Shown: positions 39,243-48,790 of the stretch, in pieces
How the letters are laid out: each line of letters starts with the position of its first letter
Position numbering within the stretch: position 1 is the first letter of the stretch
NCBI GenBank assembly: GCA_044376115.1
Contig: JBILLK010000006.1
Coordinates: 128,001 to 192,000, forward strand
DNA length: 64,000 nucleotides
Reading direction: 5' to 3'
Source: Polyangiaceae bacterium
GTDB lineage: Bacteria; Myxococcota_A; Polyangia; Polyangiales; Polyangiaceae
Position numbers and translations under genes: made by a program
Notes under the pieces: model-generated
The model's input: the letters and a program-made list of their open reading frames with translations, nothing else
What the model was told of the DNA's origin: nothing
Database searches by the model: none

Positions 39243-40996
39243 CCTTGATCGGAGACATCCTCGACCTTTCCAAGATCGAGAGCGGTCACGTGGATGTCGT
39301 CACCGAGGACGTCGACCTCATCGAGCTCGCCGAGGAGTCGGTAGCGACCGTTCGCGAGTACCTCAAGGGCAAGGACGTCACGCTCTCGGTGCGCATCGAG
39401 CCCGAGGCCGCCAGCGTACGAACCGACAGCCTCAAGCTGCGGCAGATCATCCTGAACCTCCTCTCCAACGCAGCGAAGTTCACCGACCTCGGGGAGATCC
39501 AGCTTGGCGCCCGCCGCGATGGCAACGCCCTGGTGCTGGAGGTCGAGGACACCGGCCATGGCATCCCCGCCGACCAGCTCGTCTTCATCTTCGAGAAGTT
39601 CCGCCAGGTCGACGGGTCCATGACCCGGAAGGCCGGCGGCACGGGCCTCGGCCTCGCGATCGTCCGCGAGCTCTCGCGCATCCTCGGGGGCTCGGTCAGC
39701 GTAGAGAGCGATCTCGGCCGAGGGACGCGGTTCACCGTTCGCCTGGACTCGATCTTCGTCGGTCGGACCAACCCGGCGCCGGGGCTGGTCGGGGAGGTGG
39801 CCTCCCGCCCGATCGCGCCCTCCGCCCCGGAGATCGGCACGAATGTCCTTGTCGTCGACGACGATCCCGTGACGTCAGCGATCCTCTGCGCGGCCCTTGA
39901 GCAGGAAGGCTTCGTGGCCTTCGAGGCTCGCGACGGCATGGAGGCCATCAAGCGGGCGCACGAGGTGCGGCCGGCAGCGATCGTCCTGGATCTGCGGCTA
40001 CCCCGCCTCGACGGCTGGTCGGTGCTCGGCAAGCTGAAGGCCGACCCGGCCTTCGCCTCGACGCCCATCGTCATCATCTCGATCGAAGAACAGCGCGCGC
40101 GCGGCTTCGCGCTCGGCGCGAGCGACTACCTCGTCAAACCGTTCGAGGCCGAGAGTCTCGTCCGCGCCGTGCGCCGCTTTGTCGCGCCCACGGCCGGCGA
40201 CGTCCTCGTCGTCGACGACGACCCGTCGACGCGCGAGCTGGTCTCGCGCCACTTGCGTCGCGCCGGCTTCTCGACCGACGAGGCGGTCAACGGCCAGGAC
40301 GCGCTGCTCCGGCTCCGGGTCACCAAGCCCTGCCTATTGATCCTCGATCTCGTGATGCCCGGCCTCGACGGGTTCGAGGTGCTGCGTGCCATGCGTGAGT
40401 CGGGGTCGTCGACTCCGGTCATCGTCCTGACCGGCGCGGTGCTGACCGAGCAGGAGCAGCGGACGCTTCGCGAAGGCATGGCGGAGATCGTCCTCAAGAA
40501 CGGGCGTGGAATCGAGGTCGTCGTCGAGGAGGCCCGCAAGATGGTCGTCTCCCAGCGGGGCGTCGGCCACAAACTGCCGCGCGTCCTCTACGTCGAGGAC
40601 TCCGCGCAGAACCGGGACGTCGTCCGTCGGTACCTGCGTGGGGTGTTCGAGGTCATCGAAGCCGAGGACGGCGAGCTGGGCCTCGCCATCGCCGAACGCG
40701 AGCGTCCGGACGTCGTGCTCATGGACCTCTCGCTCCCGCGGATGGACGGCTTCGAGGCGATCACCCGGCTGCGCGCACACACCCTGCCCGAGCTCGCGAC
40801 CCTCCCGATCATCGTTCTGACGGCTCACGCGGGGCGCGAGGACGAGGCGCGCGCCCGGGCGGTCGGCGGCGACCTTTACCTCACCAAGCCGGTCGAACGC
40901 GACGTGCTGCTGGGTGCGCTCGATCGGGTCCGGTTGCTCCGGCCGAAGCTCGCGGACTTGGCGAGTGACAACGGCTCGGGAGGAGCCGCGAAATGA
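39212..40996 (+). CDS. N-terminally truncated hybrid histidine kinase (end of HisKA, HATPase_c, three receiver domains); possibly a pseudogene
   Basis: Homology begins at LALIGDILDLSKIE with no H-box; NLLSNAAKFT, DTGHGI and GGTGLGL boxes; three receiver domains with the conserved Asp. Confidence 0.85.
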   Translation: MKALRIVEDLALIGDILDLSKIESGHVDVVTEDVDLIELAEESVATVREYLKGKDVTLSVRIEPEAASVRTDSLKLRQIILNLLSNAAKFTDLGEIQLGARRDGNALVLEVEDTGHGIPADQLVFIFEKFRQVDGSMTRKAGGTGLGLAIVRELSRILGGSVSVESDLGRGTRFTVRLDSIFVGRTNPAPGLVGEVASRPIAPSAPEIGTNVLVVDDDPVTSAILCAALEQEGFVAFEARDGMEAIKRAHEVRPAAIVLDLRLPRLDGWSVLGKLKADPAFASTPIVIISIEEQRARGFALGASDYLVKPFEAESLVRAVRRFVAPTAGDVLVVDDDPSTRELVSRHLRRAGFSTDEAVNGQDALLRLRVTKPCLLILDLVMPGLDGFEVLRAMRESGSSTPVIVLTGAVLTEQEQRTLREGMAEIVLKNGRGIEVVVEEARKMVVSQRGVGHKLPRVLYVEDSAQNRDVVRRYLRGVFEVIEAEDGELGLAIAERERPDVVLMDLSLPRMDGFEAITRLRAHTLPELATLPIIVLTAHAGREDEARARAVGGDLYLTKPVERDVLLGALDRVRLLRPKLADLASDNGSGGAAK

Positions 40997-41370
40997 ACGT
41001 CCCGGCCGCGCTGCACGTCCTCGTGGTGGATGACGATCCAATCTACCTCGAGCTCGTCGAGAGGAGCTTGCGGGGCCAAGGCCTGACGGTGACGACGAGC
41101 GACTCCAGCCTCGGGGTCTCGAACATGATCCGACGGATCTCGCCGGACGTCGTCCTGCTGGACGTGAACATCCCGGCGCTCTCGGGAGACGCTCTCATCG
41201 TCCTCGCCCGAAAGAGCGCGCCGGAGAAGACGCGCTTCGTCCTCTTCTCGTCGTCGGACGAGTCGTCGCTCCGGAAGACGGCGTCCCAGTGTGGCGCCGA
41301 CGGCTACGTCACTAAGAGCGCCGATTCCAACGCGCTCGCCAGCTACCTGGTCCGCATCGCGCGGCGCTGA
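40993..41370 (+). CDS. Single-domain response regulator (CheY-like)
   Basis: VLVVDDD, LLDVNIP, FSS and VTK motifs; ATGA overlap with the kinase. Confidence 0.88.
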   Translation: MNVPAALHVLVVDDDPIYLELVERSLRGQGLTVTTSDSSLGVSNMIRRISPDVVLLDVNIPALSGDALIVLARKSAPEKTRFVLFSSSDESSLRKTASQCGADGYVTKSADSNALASYLVRIARR

Positions 41371-42181
41371 CGAGCAGGCGCGCCCTCATCGTCGTGGTCG
41401 ACACCTTCCGGGCGGCGACGCCGGTGCCGCTCCCGAGGTGGTTCCGCTGGCTCCCGCGTGCGCTCGACCCAGCCTGGTTCGACGAAGAGCTGCTTGCGTG
41501 CGAGCAGGCCCTGCTCGCCGAACCCACGCTTGAGAACGCCAAGTCCTTCGCGGCGAGCGGGGCAAGGAGCTGATGATCCTCGAGGGCGATCACCACGCGC
41601 GGGTCGACCTGCTGCGCTTCGCCGCGGTGAAGCTATGGGACGTCTCGCGTCGCTTCGGCTTCGAGCAGGACCACTCCAAGAGGGCGTCACGATCGAGGGC
41701 GGCGCCGACCGGGTGCTCGCCTGGTGGTGGCTCCAGCTCGTCGTCGACCCGGGGCGTGGGCTATCGGCTGTCTGGCTCGCCAAGCTGTCTTTATGCGTGC
41801 GTCTGACGCCGCGGTGCGCGGCATCGAGATTTCGGGTTCCTGAGCGGCTGAACGTCGCCGATTGCGTCGTGATACCGCGAGACTCGTCTGCGCCCAGCGC
41901 CGCGCCCTCGGATTCGCCTCCCGTGGCGCCGCGAGCAACTCCACTCGGCTCGGTGGGTGCGTTTGTGATGCACCTCACCGCGCGGTCGCCCCTCGAGCGA
42001 CGTCTCGTTACGGGGCCGCTAGCCCTGGGTCTGTCAAGGCCCAATCAGAACAATCTGTCCCCACTTTCATCCACCTGACGAGTTCGTAACAAACGTCAAT
42101 AATTTGGCCCCACTGCGAGGGAGGCTGTAACGGCCCCCCATGGGCCATTTCGTAGTAACGCGCAAGAATCTGACGCCTCCG

Positions 42182-42255
42182 TTGACACGGTGGGGCTCGG
42201 TCCGTAGCGTGGCCCCAGTTAGTGGGAAGAAGTGGTAACCGCACCCAATCCCCAC
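42182..42255 (+). promoter_or_regulatory. dcw (mraZ) promoter with MraZ-type GTGG boxes
   Basis: TTGACA (42182)-N17-TAGCGT (42205); GTGG at 42190, 42209, 42222 and 42232, the last two 10 bp apart. Confidence 0.7.
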
Positions 42256-42265
42256 GGATGCCCCT

Positions 42266-42715
42266 ATGTTCAGAGGTCACTTCGAGCACGCGATCGACGA
42301 GAAAGGCCGAACCAGCCTTCCTGCGCGTTTTCGCGAGGTGCTTGGACCCAACCCGGACTACCGGCTGGTGGTAACGCCGGCGCTGGGGGACCCCTGTTTG
42401 GACGTCTACCCGATGGCTGCGTGGGAGAAGCTCGAGTCGAAGCTGGCGGAGCTCAACGCCTTCGACCCCCAGGTGGTGGAGTTCCGACGTTTCTACGTCT
42501 CGGCCGCCGTCGAGGTGGAGATCGACAAACAGGGGCGCATTCTGGTCCCGCCCTCACTGCGCGAGCACGCCTCCCTCAACAAGTCGGCGATGTGGCTTGG
42601 CCACGGTCAGAAGGCCGAGCTTTGGGCAAAGGAGAACTGGTTGACGCTGGCGCGGGAGAAGAACCCCGCCGATCTCCGAGAACTACGGGCTGCCATGGGG
42701 AAGCTGGGCTTGTGA
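42266..42715 (+). CDS. mraZ: Division/cell wall cluster transcriptional repressor MraZ
   Basis: MFRGHFEHAIDEKGRTSLP and DKQGRILVP motifs. Confidence 0.97.
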   Translation: MFRGHFEHAIDEKGRTSLPARFREVLGPNPDYRLVVTPALGDPCLDVYPMAAWEKLESKLAELNAFDPQVVEFRRFYVSAAVEVEIDKQGRILVPPSLREHASLNKSAMWLGHGQKAELWAKENWLTLAREKNPADLRELRAAMGKLGL

Positions 42716-42734
42716 GCCGGCGAAGGGGGCGAGT

Positions 42735-43691
42735 GTGAACGTTGTCAACGTGGTGCCGATGCCGATGAGAGTTTTTCCAGAAGAAGAGTCGGAGTCCGTT
42801 GCGCATGTCTCCGTCCTCCTCAATGAGTCGGTGGACGCGCTCGCGCCTCGCGCGGGAGGCCTTTACGTGGACGCGACGCTCGGTGCCGGCGGACACTCCG
42901 AGGCTTTGCTGCAGCAGGGCGCGACCGTGATCGGGATCGATCGGGACGAGGTAGCGCTCGCCCTGGCGCGTGAACGCCTTTCTTCCTTCGGTGAGCGCTT
43001 CGTAGCGCTTCACGGCGCCTTCAGCGATCTTGGCGCCCTACTCGAGCGGCAGTCGGTTCAGCGGGTCGATGGGATTCTCGCGGACGTGGGCGTAAGTTCG
43101 ATGCAGCTCGACGAGAGTGACCGCGGTCTCTCCTTCCGTCGCGAGGGCCCGCTCGACATGCGCATGGATCGCGGGTCGGGGGAGACGGCGCTCGAGTTGA
43201 TCGCTCGCCTCGGCGACGACGATCTAGCCAACCTGATCTATCGCTTCGGTGAGGAACGACGCAGCCGTCGCATTGCTCGCTGCATCAAACAGGCTTACTC
43301 CGCCGGGGAGCTCGCCACCACGCTGGACCTGCGCCGCGCCATCGTGCGCGCCGTTGGTCCCGCCCGTGTTGGCGGTGTGGACCCTGCAACGCGAACTTTT
43401 CAGGCGCTCCGTATCGCCGTAAACGGCGAGCTCGATGAGCTCACGGCGCTCCTTTCTGCAGCGCGATCGTTGCTCGTGGATGGCGGTGTGATGGCGGTGA
43501 TCTCCTTCCACTCGCTGGAGGATCGCATCGTCAAACGCGAGTTCCAGGACCGCGACGTATGGGCGCCGCTCACCAAGAAGCCGTTGCCTCCTAGCGAAGC
43601 CGAGCAAGCGGCGAATCCGCGAGCGCGCAGCGCGAAGTTGCGGGCAGCGCGCCGGCTCGGGAAGTCGAGCCTCGAGGAGATGTTCTCTTGA
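42735..43691 (+). CDS. rsmH: 16S rRNA (C1402-N4) methyltransferase
   Basis: HVSVLL, DATLGAGGHS, GVSSMQLD, ATRTFQALRIAVN, FHSLEDRIVK and NPRARSAKLR motifs. Confidence 0.97.
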   Translation: MNVVNVVPMPMRVFPEEESESVAHVSVLLNESVDALAPRAGGLYVDATLGAGGHSEALLQQGATVIGIDRDEVALALARERLSSFGERFVALHGAFSDLGALLERQSVQRVDGILADVGVSSMQLDESDRGLSFRREGPLDMRMDRGSGETALELIARLGDDDLANLIYRFGEERRSRRIARCIKQAYSAGELATTLDLRRAIVRAVGPARVGGVDPATRTFQALRIAVNGELDELTALLSAARSLLVDGGVMAVISFHSLEDRIVKREFQDRDVWAPLTKKPLPPSEAEQAANPRARSAKLRAARRLGKSSLEEMFS

Positions 43692-44026
43692 AGCAGCGAC
43701 CGTTCCTCGCCCTGTGGACCTTGGCCGTGTTCGCCACGGTGGTGGCGTTCGTGTTGCACCTTGGCTTGCGCGGTAAGACCGTGGACCTTGGCTACAAGCT
43801 CGGCAAAGCCCGCAAAGAGCAAGCTCGTTTGCGTGAGATGAAGCGCGTGCTTTCGCTCGAAGAGACCAGTTATCGCACGCCCGAGCGCGTCGAACGCGTC
43901 GCGCGCAACCTCCTAGGGATGAGCCCGCCACCGCCCGAGCGAGTGATCGTGCTCTCGAACGCGCCGGTCCCTGCCTCCCGACTGAAGCTCCGGGCCGAAA
44001 CCGGTGAAAGCGGAGAGTCACCGTGA
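43688..44026 (+). CDS. ftsL: Cell division protein FtsL
   Basis: TM plus coiled coil plus PERVERVAR..LGM; lies between rsmH and ftsI. Confidence 0.8.
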   Translation: MKQRPFLALWTLAVFATVVAFVLHLGLRGKTVDLGYKLGKARKEQARLREMKRVLSLEETSYRTPERVERVARNLLGMSPPPPERVIVLSNAPVPASRLKLRAETGESGESP

Positions 44027-46104
44027 GGAATCTGCGGCCCGAACGCGCTCGCTGGATCAAAGTCCGCATGGCGGTCCTGTGCGGACTGATGGGACTTGGG
44101 CTCGGCTTCGTCGTTTCTGGGGCCGACCGCATCCAGAACCGTGATGGCGCGCAGTGGCTCGAAGTCGCTGAGCGGCAACGTCAGCGTCGCCTGCACATCG
44201 AGCCCAAACGAGGCACCATCTTCGATCGCAACGGCGTTCCGCTCGCGGAGAGCGTCGAGGTGCCCAGCATCTCGATGGATGCCGTCGAAATGCTCCGCGG
44301 CATCGAGGAGCAATACGTTCCGCAGCGCATCGACCAATACGCCGAGCGCATCGCTACCGCGCTCCACCTTCCGATCGAAGACGTGCGCGAGAAGATCGCA
44401 CGCCGGCGCCGCTTCGCTTGGCTCAAGCGTCGCGTCTCGGAGGAAGAAGTCACGGCCATGAAGGCGCTCTCTTCAAACGATCAGCGCTACCCCATTCGCG
44501 GCCTCGCGGTAGAGGGAGAAGGACGCCGCTTCTATCCCAACAAGGAGCTGGCAGCGCCGCTCTTGGGCTTCGTCGCGCCAGACGGCAACGGCCGCGAGGG
44601 CATCGAGCTTTCGCTCAACGAGGAGCTGAAGGGCAAGCCCGCCGAGGTGCACGGCCTGCGCGATCGCTCGGGTCGCCTGCTCTTCAGTGAAGGACTCGAG
44701 AACGAGCAGGCGCTCGCTGGTCACAACATCTACCTGACGATCGACCGCGCTATTCAGTTCGCCGCTGAACGCGAGCTCGACGCGGCGCTGCGTACCTATG
44801 AGGCGCGCGGCGGCTCGGTGGTCGTGATCGATCCTCGCACCGGCGAGATTCTGGCGATGGCCAGCGGCCCTGGCTACAACCCCAACGACTACTCCGGCGC
44901 GGAGCCCGAGAATCGCCGCAATCGCGCCGTCGTCGATCGCTTCGAGCCCGGCTCGACGATGAAGATCTTCACGGTCGCTACCGCCCTCGCGCAGCGCAGC
45001 ATCAACGCGACCGAGCCCATCTACTGCGAAGACGGGCACATGCCGATCGACAACATCGTCATCCACGATACCCACGTGCACAAGTGGCTGACGCCGACCC
45101 AGATCCTGCAGGTCAGCTCCAACATCGGCAGCGCCAAGATCGGACTCGGTCTCGGACAACAGCGTCTGTACGAGGGGTTGCGACGCTTCGGTTTTGGCGA
45201 ATCGCCGGGTCTGCCTCTCCCCGGTCAGTCGATCGGCGTGCTTCGCCCTCGGGATCGTCCGTGGGTGCAGGTCGAGACGGCCAGCGCAAGCTTCGGACAG
45301 GGCATCAGCGTGACCGCGATGCAGCTCGCAGGAGCTGTCGCCGCGGTCGGCAACCGCGGGCAGCTACTCGAGCCTTTGCTGGTGAAGCGCGTCACCGACT
45401 CGACCGGCGTCGTGCTCGATGAGCCCAAGGCCCGCGTACGAAGGGCCACGACCTCGCCTGCGGTCGCGAAGATGCTTTTGGAGATGCTGGTTTCGGTCAC
45501 CGAAGGTGAAGGCACCGGCGTCGAGGCGAGCGTCTCGGGCTTCCGCGTTGCCGGCAAAACGGCGACCGCTCAGAAGATCGATCCCGAGACCGGGCGCTAC
45601 ACCGACACCCACTACGTGGCTTCGTTCGTTGGTCTCATCCCTGCCGAGCGACCGCGGCTCGCAATCGTCGTCATGATCGACGAGCCCCTCGCTGGTACCT
45701 ACGCCGGTGGTTCGGTAGCTGCGCCGGTGTTTCGGCGAGTCGCCGAGATGGCGCTGTCCTACTTGGGTGTTACTCCCGACGTTCGCAATGAAAAGGGCAT
45801 CAGCGAAGCCACCGAGCTAGCCAAGAACGGTGACCCTACGGCCGAGGCCTTCAAGGTCATTGGTCAGACGGAGGAGGCCGACGATACCGCGCCCAAGGCG
45901 CCCCAGCGCAAACCCAAGGCCGGCGAGGTGTTGGTGCCCGATCTTTCTGGCTATCCAGCAAGAGAGGCCATCCAGCGTGCGCTGGCTATCGGTTTGGTAC
46001 CGTCGCTCGATGGCTCCGGTCGGGTGTTGCGCACCGAGCCTCCCGCATCGGAAGTCGTCAAAGCGGGAACGAGAATCCTCATTACGCTCGAGCCGCCCAC
46101 GTGA
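44023..46104 (+). CDS. ftsI: Division transpeptidase PBP3 with C-terminal PASTA-like domain
   Basis: RGTIFDRNG, EPGSTMK (SxxK), SSN and KTATAQK (KTG variant) motifs. Confidence 0.93.
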   Translation: MRNLRPERARWIKVRMAVLCGLMGLGLGFVVSGADRIQNRDGAQWLEVAERQRQRRLHIEPKRGTIFDRNGVPLAESVEVPSISMDAVEMLRGIEEQYVPQRIDQYAERIATALHLPIEDVREKIARRRRFAWLKRRVSEEEVTAMKALSSNDQRYPIRGLAVEGEGRRFYPNKELAAPLLGFVAPDGNGREGIELSLNEELKGKPAEVHGLRDRSGRLLFSEGLENEQALAGHNIYLTIDRAIQFAAERELDAALRTYEARGGSVVVIDPRTGEILAMASGPGYNPNDYSGAEPENRRNRAVVDRFEPGSTMKIFTVATALAQRSINATEPIYCEDGHMPIDNIVIHDTHVHKWLTPTQILQVSSNIGSAKIGLGLGQQRLYEGLRRFGFGESPGLPLPGQSIGVLRPRDRPWVQVETASASFGQGISVTAMQLAGAVAAVGNRGQLLEPLLVKRVTDSTGVVLDEPKARVRRATTSPAVAKMLLEMLVSVTEGEGTGVEASVSGFRVAGKTATAQKIDPETGRYTDTHYVASFVGLIPAERPRLAIVVMIDEPLAGTYAGGSVAAPVFRRVAEMALSYLGVTPDVRNEKGISEATELAKNGDPTAEAFKVIGQTEEADDTAPKAPQRKPKAGEVLVPDLSGYPAREAIQRALAIGLVPSLDGSGRVLRTEPPASEVVKAGTRILITLEPPT

Positions 46105-47660
46105 GCGACGTCCACGTGAAGCCAGGGCCGGTGTCCACTCCACCGCCAGCGATCCGCCTCTGCGACATCATCGCAGAGATCCCCGGTGCCACTCTGGCGC
46201 CGGGCTTCGCTTACGCGGCACGCTCTGTCGTTACCGGTGTTCATCATGATTCTCGCCAGGTTGCGCCCGGGGACGTGTTCGTCGCGCGCGACGGTGAGAA
46301 GGTCAGCGGCGTCCAATTCATACCGCAAGCCGTTGAGCGAGGCGCGCTAGCGGTGATTGTCAAAGCCGGTACCAAGGTCGATGCCCAAGGCGCCGCCGTT
46401 ATCTATGTAGATGACGTCGCGCTCGCGCTCGCCTTGGCGTCTGCGGCTGTCTATGGCCATCCCACGTTTGGTCTCGAGGTGATCGGCATCACCGGCACCA
46501 ACGGCAAAACCACCACCTTGCACTTACTGCGCAATCTGCTGGAGGAGGCCGGCTTCAGGCCCGGGACCGTTGGTACGCTGGGCATCTCCTTTGATTCGCA
46601 ATCACGCCCATCCGCCTTCACCAGCCCCGAAGCGGATGAGCTGGCACGTATCGCGCGCGCCATGCGTGATCGAAGCGCCTCTCACTTGATTATGGAGGTT
46701 AGCAGCATTGCGCTGGTAGCTAAACGCTGTGACGCCATTCGCTTTCGAGTCGCTGTCTTTACTAATCTGACGCAGGACCACCTCGACTACCACGGTTCAA
46801 TGGAGAACTACGCGGCCGCCAAAGCGAGGTTGTTCGAGGAGTTCGCGCCCGGAGCAGCAGTGCTCAATATCGATGACGCCTTCGGCCGGGAGCTCACGGG
46901 GCGGGTCGCCCAAGGGACTTCGGTAAGAACCTATTCAACGAAGGACGCCAAGGCCGACGTATTTGCGAGCTCCCTTGGCATGTCCAGTCAAGGCCTCCGA
47001 ATGGTGGTTGAGTCGAGAGGGGAGTCGCTCGTGATCGAGACTCCGCTTCTTGGCGCACATAACGCAGAGAACCTGCTGGCCGCAGCTTCCGTTGCCTTGG
47101 AACTCGGTATCCCAACGCGCACGATCGAGTCAGCGTTGTCACGGCCAATCGTCGTCGCGGGTCGGCTCGAGCGTTGCGACGATCCGAAGCTCGATGACGT
47201 GTCTGTGGTGGTCGACTACGCGCACACCCCAGACGCTTTGCAGAGGGCGCTATCGAGCTTGAGGCCCTTCGCTACCGCCGGTCTAATCTGCGTGTTTGGC
47301 TGTGGCGGCGACCGTGACAAAGCCAAGCGCCCACTGATGGGTAGGGTGGTTGCCGAGCTCGCCGACCACGGTATTCTAACCAACGACAATCCACGTAGTG
47401 AGCGCCCCGAGGACATCGCCGAGGCCGTGCTACCAGGGCTCTCAGTCGGTCCCGCGAAGTATCGAGTTCTACTCGATCGCCGCAGCGCCATTCGCGAGGC
47501 CGTGCTCTCGGCACCGCCTGGCGCCGTCGTGCTACTCGCAGGTAAAGGCCATGAGCCATATCAGATTATCGGTAGTGAGACGCTGCCGTTTGACGACCGG
47601 ATTGAGGCTCGCGCGGCCCTCGCCGAACGACGACAAGAACGGCAGGGACAGCGCCCTTGA
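46101..47660 (+). CDS. murE: UDP-MurNAc-Ala-Glu--meso-DAP ligase
   Basis: GITGTNGKTT, TNLTQDHLDYH, DYAHTPDAL, GCGGDRD, DNPR (DAP-type) and AGKGHE motifs. Confidence 0.96.
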   Translation: MSDVHVKPGPVSTPPPAIRLCDIIAEIPGATLAPGFAYAARSVVTGVHHDSRQVAPGDVFVARDGEKVSGVQFIPQAVERGALAVIVKAGTKVDAQGAAVIYVDDVALALALASAAVYGHPTFGLEVIGITGTNGKTTTLHLLRNLLEEAGFRPGTVGTLGISFDSQSRPSAFTSPEADELARIARAMRDRSASHLIMEVSSIALVAKRCDAIRFRVAVFTNLTQDHLDYHGSMENYAAAKARLFEEFAPGAAVLNIDDAFGRELTGRVAQGTSVRTYSTKDAKADVFASSLGMSSQGLRMVVESRGESLVIETPLLGAHNAENLLAAASVALELGIPTRTIESALSRPIVVAGRLERCDDPKLDDVSVVVDYAHTPDALQRALSSLRPFATAGLICVFGCGGDRDKAKRPLMGRVVAELADHGILTNDNPRSERPEDIAEAVLPGLSVGPAKYRVLLDRRSAIREAVLSAPPGAVVLLAGKGHEPYQIIGSETLPFDDRIEARAALAERRQERQGQRP

Positions 47661-48787
47661 TTTACGAACTATTTTATCCGCTCAAGCACCACTACTCGTG
47701 GCTCAAGTGGCTTAACGTTCTACGTTACGTCCCCTTCCGCACGATCATGGCGACGATCACGGCCATGCTCATCACGTTTGTGCTCGCGCCCTGGTTCATT
47801 CGCGAGCTGCGCCGCAAACAGATTGGGCAGGTGGTGCGCAAGGAAGGTCCCGAATCTCACTTAGTCAAGGCTGGAACGCCGACGATGGGTGGCGCGCTGA
47901 TCCTCCTCTCGTTGCTCGTTCCTACTGTGCTTTGGGCCGATCTTCGCAACCCGTTTGTCTTGGCCACGACTGCGGTCACTGCAGGGTATGGTTTGATCGG
48001 CTATCTCGACGACTATCTGAAGTTGAAGCGCAAGAACAGCGGCGGTCTGGCCGGCCGTTACAAGCTCGTGGGCCAAGGTCTGATTGGCGGAGCTGCGATC
48101 GGCTACACCTTCTTGCTCGATGAGCGCATGCCCGCCGATTGGAACGGCATCAAGACGCAGCTCAGCTTGCCTTTCGTCGCCTTCAGTAAGTTCTCGTTGA
48201 CTCTGCCGATAGGCGTCTACGTCGTCTTCGCCATTCTGGTGGTGATGTGGACCTCCAACGCCGTCAACCTCACTGACGGTTTGGACGGCCTCGCGATTGG
48301 TCCCGTGATGATCAACGCAGGTACCTACTTGATTTGGGCCTATGTGGCAGGCGCAACGATCGCCAAATTGTCTTTGGCCGACTATCTCGACATTCCGAAG
48401 ATCGCCTCTGCCGGCGAGCTGTCGGTCTATTGCGGCTCGGTGATTGGCGCTGGCATAGGTTTCCTTTGGTACAACACCTATCCAGCCCAGGTCTTCATGG
48501 GAGACGTCGGCTCGTTGGCTCTTGGTGGCGGCCTCGGCATGCTCGCCATCTTCACCAAGAATGAACTCTTGAGCGTGCTGCTCGGAGGCATTTTCTTCAT
48601 CGAGGGGCTCTCGGTCATTACGCAGGTCGTTTCCTTCAAACTCACTGGAAAGCGCGTGTTTCTGATGGCGCCGATTCACCACCACTATGAAAAGAAGGGG
48701 TGGGCGGAGCCAAAGATCATTGTCAGATTCTGGATTATTTCTGTGCTTTTGGCATTGGTGAGTCTGGCTTCCATGAAGCTTCGGTGA
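47657..48787 (+). CDS. mraY: Phospho-N-acetylmuramoyl-pentapeptide transferase
   Basis: KAGTPTMGG, NAVNLTDGLDGLA, FMGDVGSL and MAPIHHH motifs. Confidence 0.97.
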   Translation: MIYELFYPLKHHYSWLKWLNVLRYVPFRTIMATITAMLITFVLAPWFIRELRRKQIGQVVRKEGPESHLVKAGTPTMGGALILLSLLVPTVLWADLRNPFVLATTAVTAGYGLIGYLDDYLKLKRKNSGGLAGRYKLVGQGLIGGAAIGYTFLLDERMPADWNGIKTQLSLPFVAFSKFSLTLPIGVYVVFAILVVMWTSNAVNLTDGLDGLAIGPVMINAGTYLIWAYVAGATIAKLSLADYLDIPKIASAGELSVYCGSVIGAGIGFLWYNTYPAQVFMGDVGSLALGGGLGMLAIFTKNELLSVLLGGIFFIEGLSVITQVVSFKLTGKRVFLMAPIHHHYEKKGWAEPKIIVRFWIISVLLALVSLASMKLR

Positions 48788-48790
48788 ACC

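Noticed and set aside
41780..42265. RNase P RNA (rnpB) or another ncRNA upstream of mraZ
   Set aside because: I found no GAGGAAAGTCC-type signature on either strand and no convincing conserved structure; an Rfam scan would be decisive.
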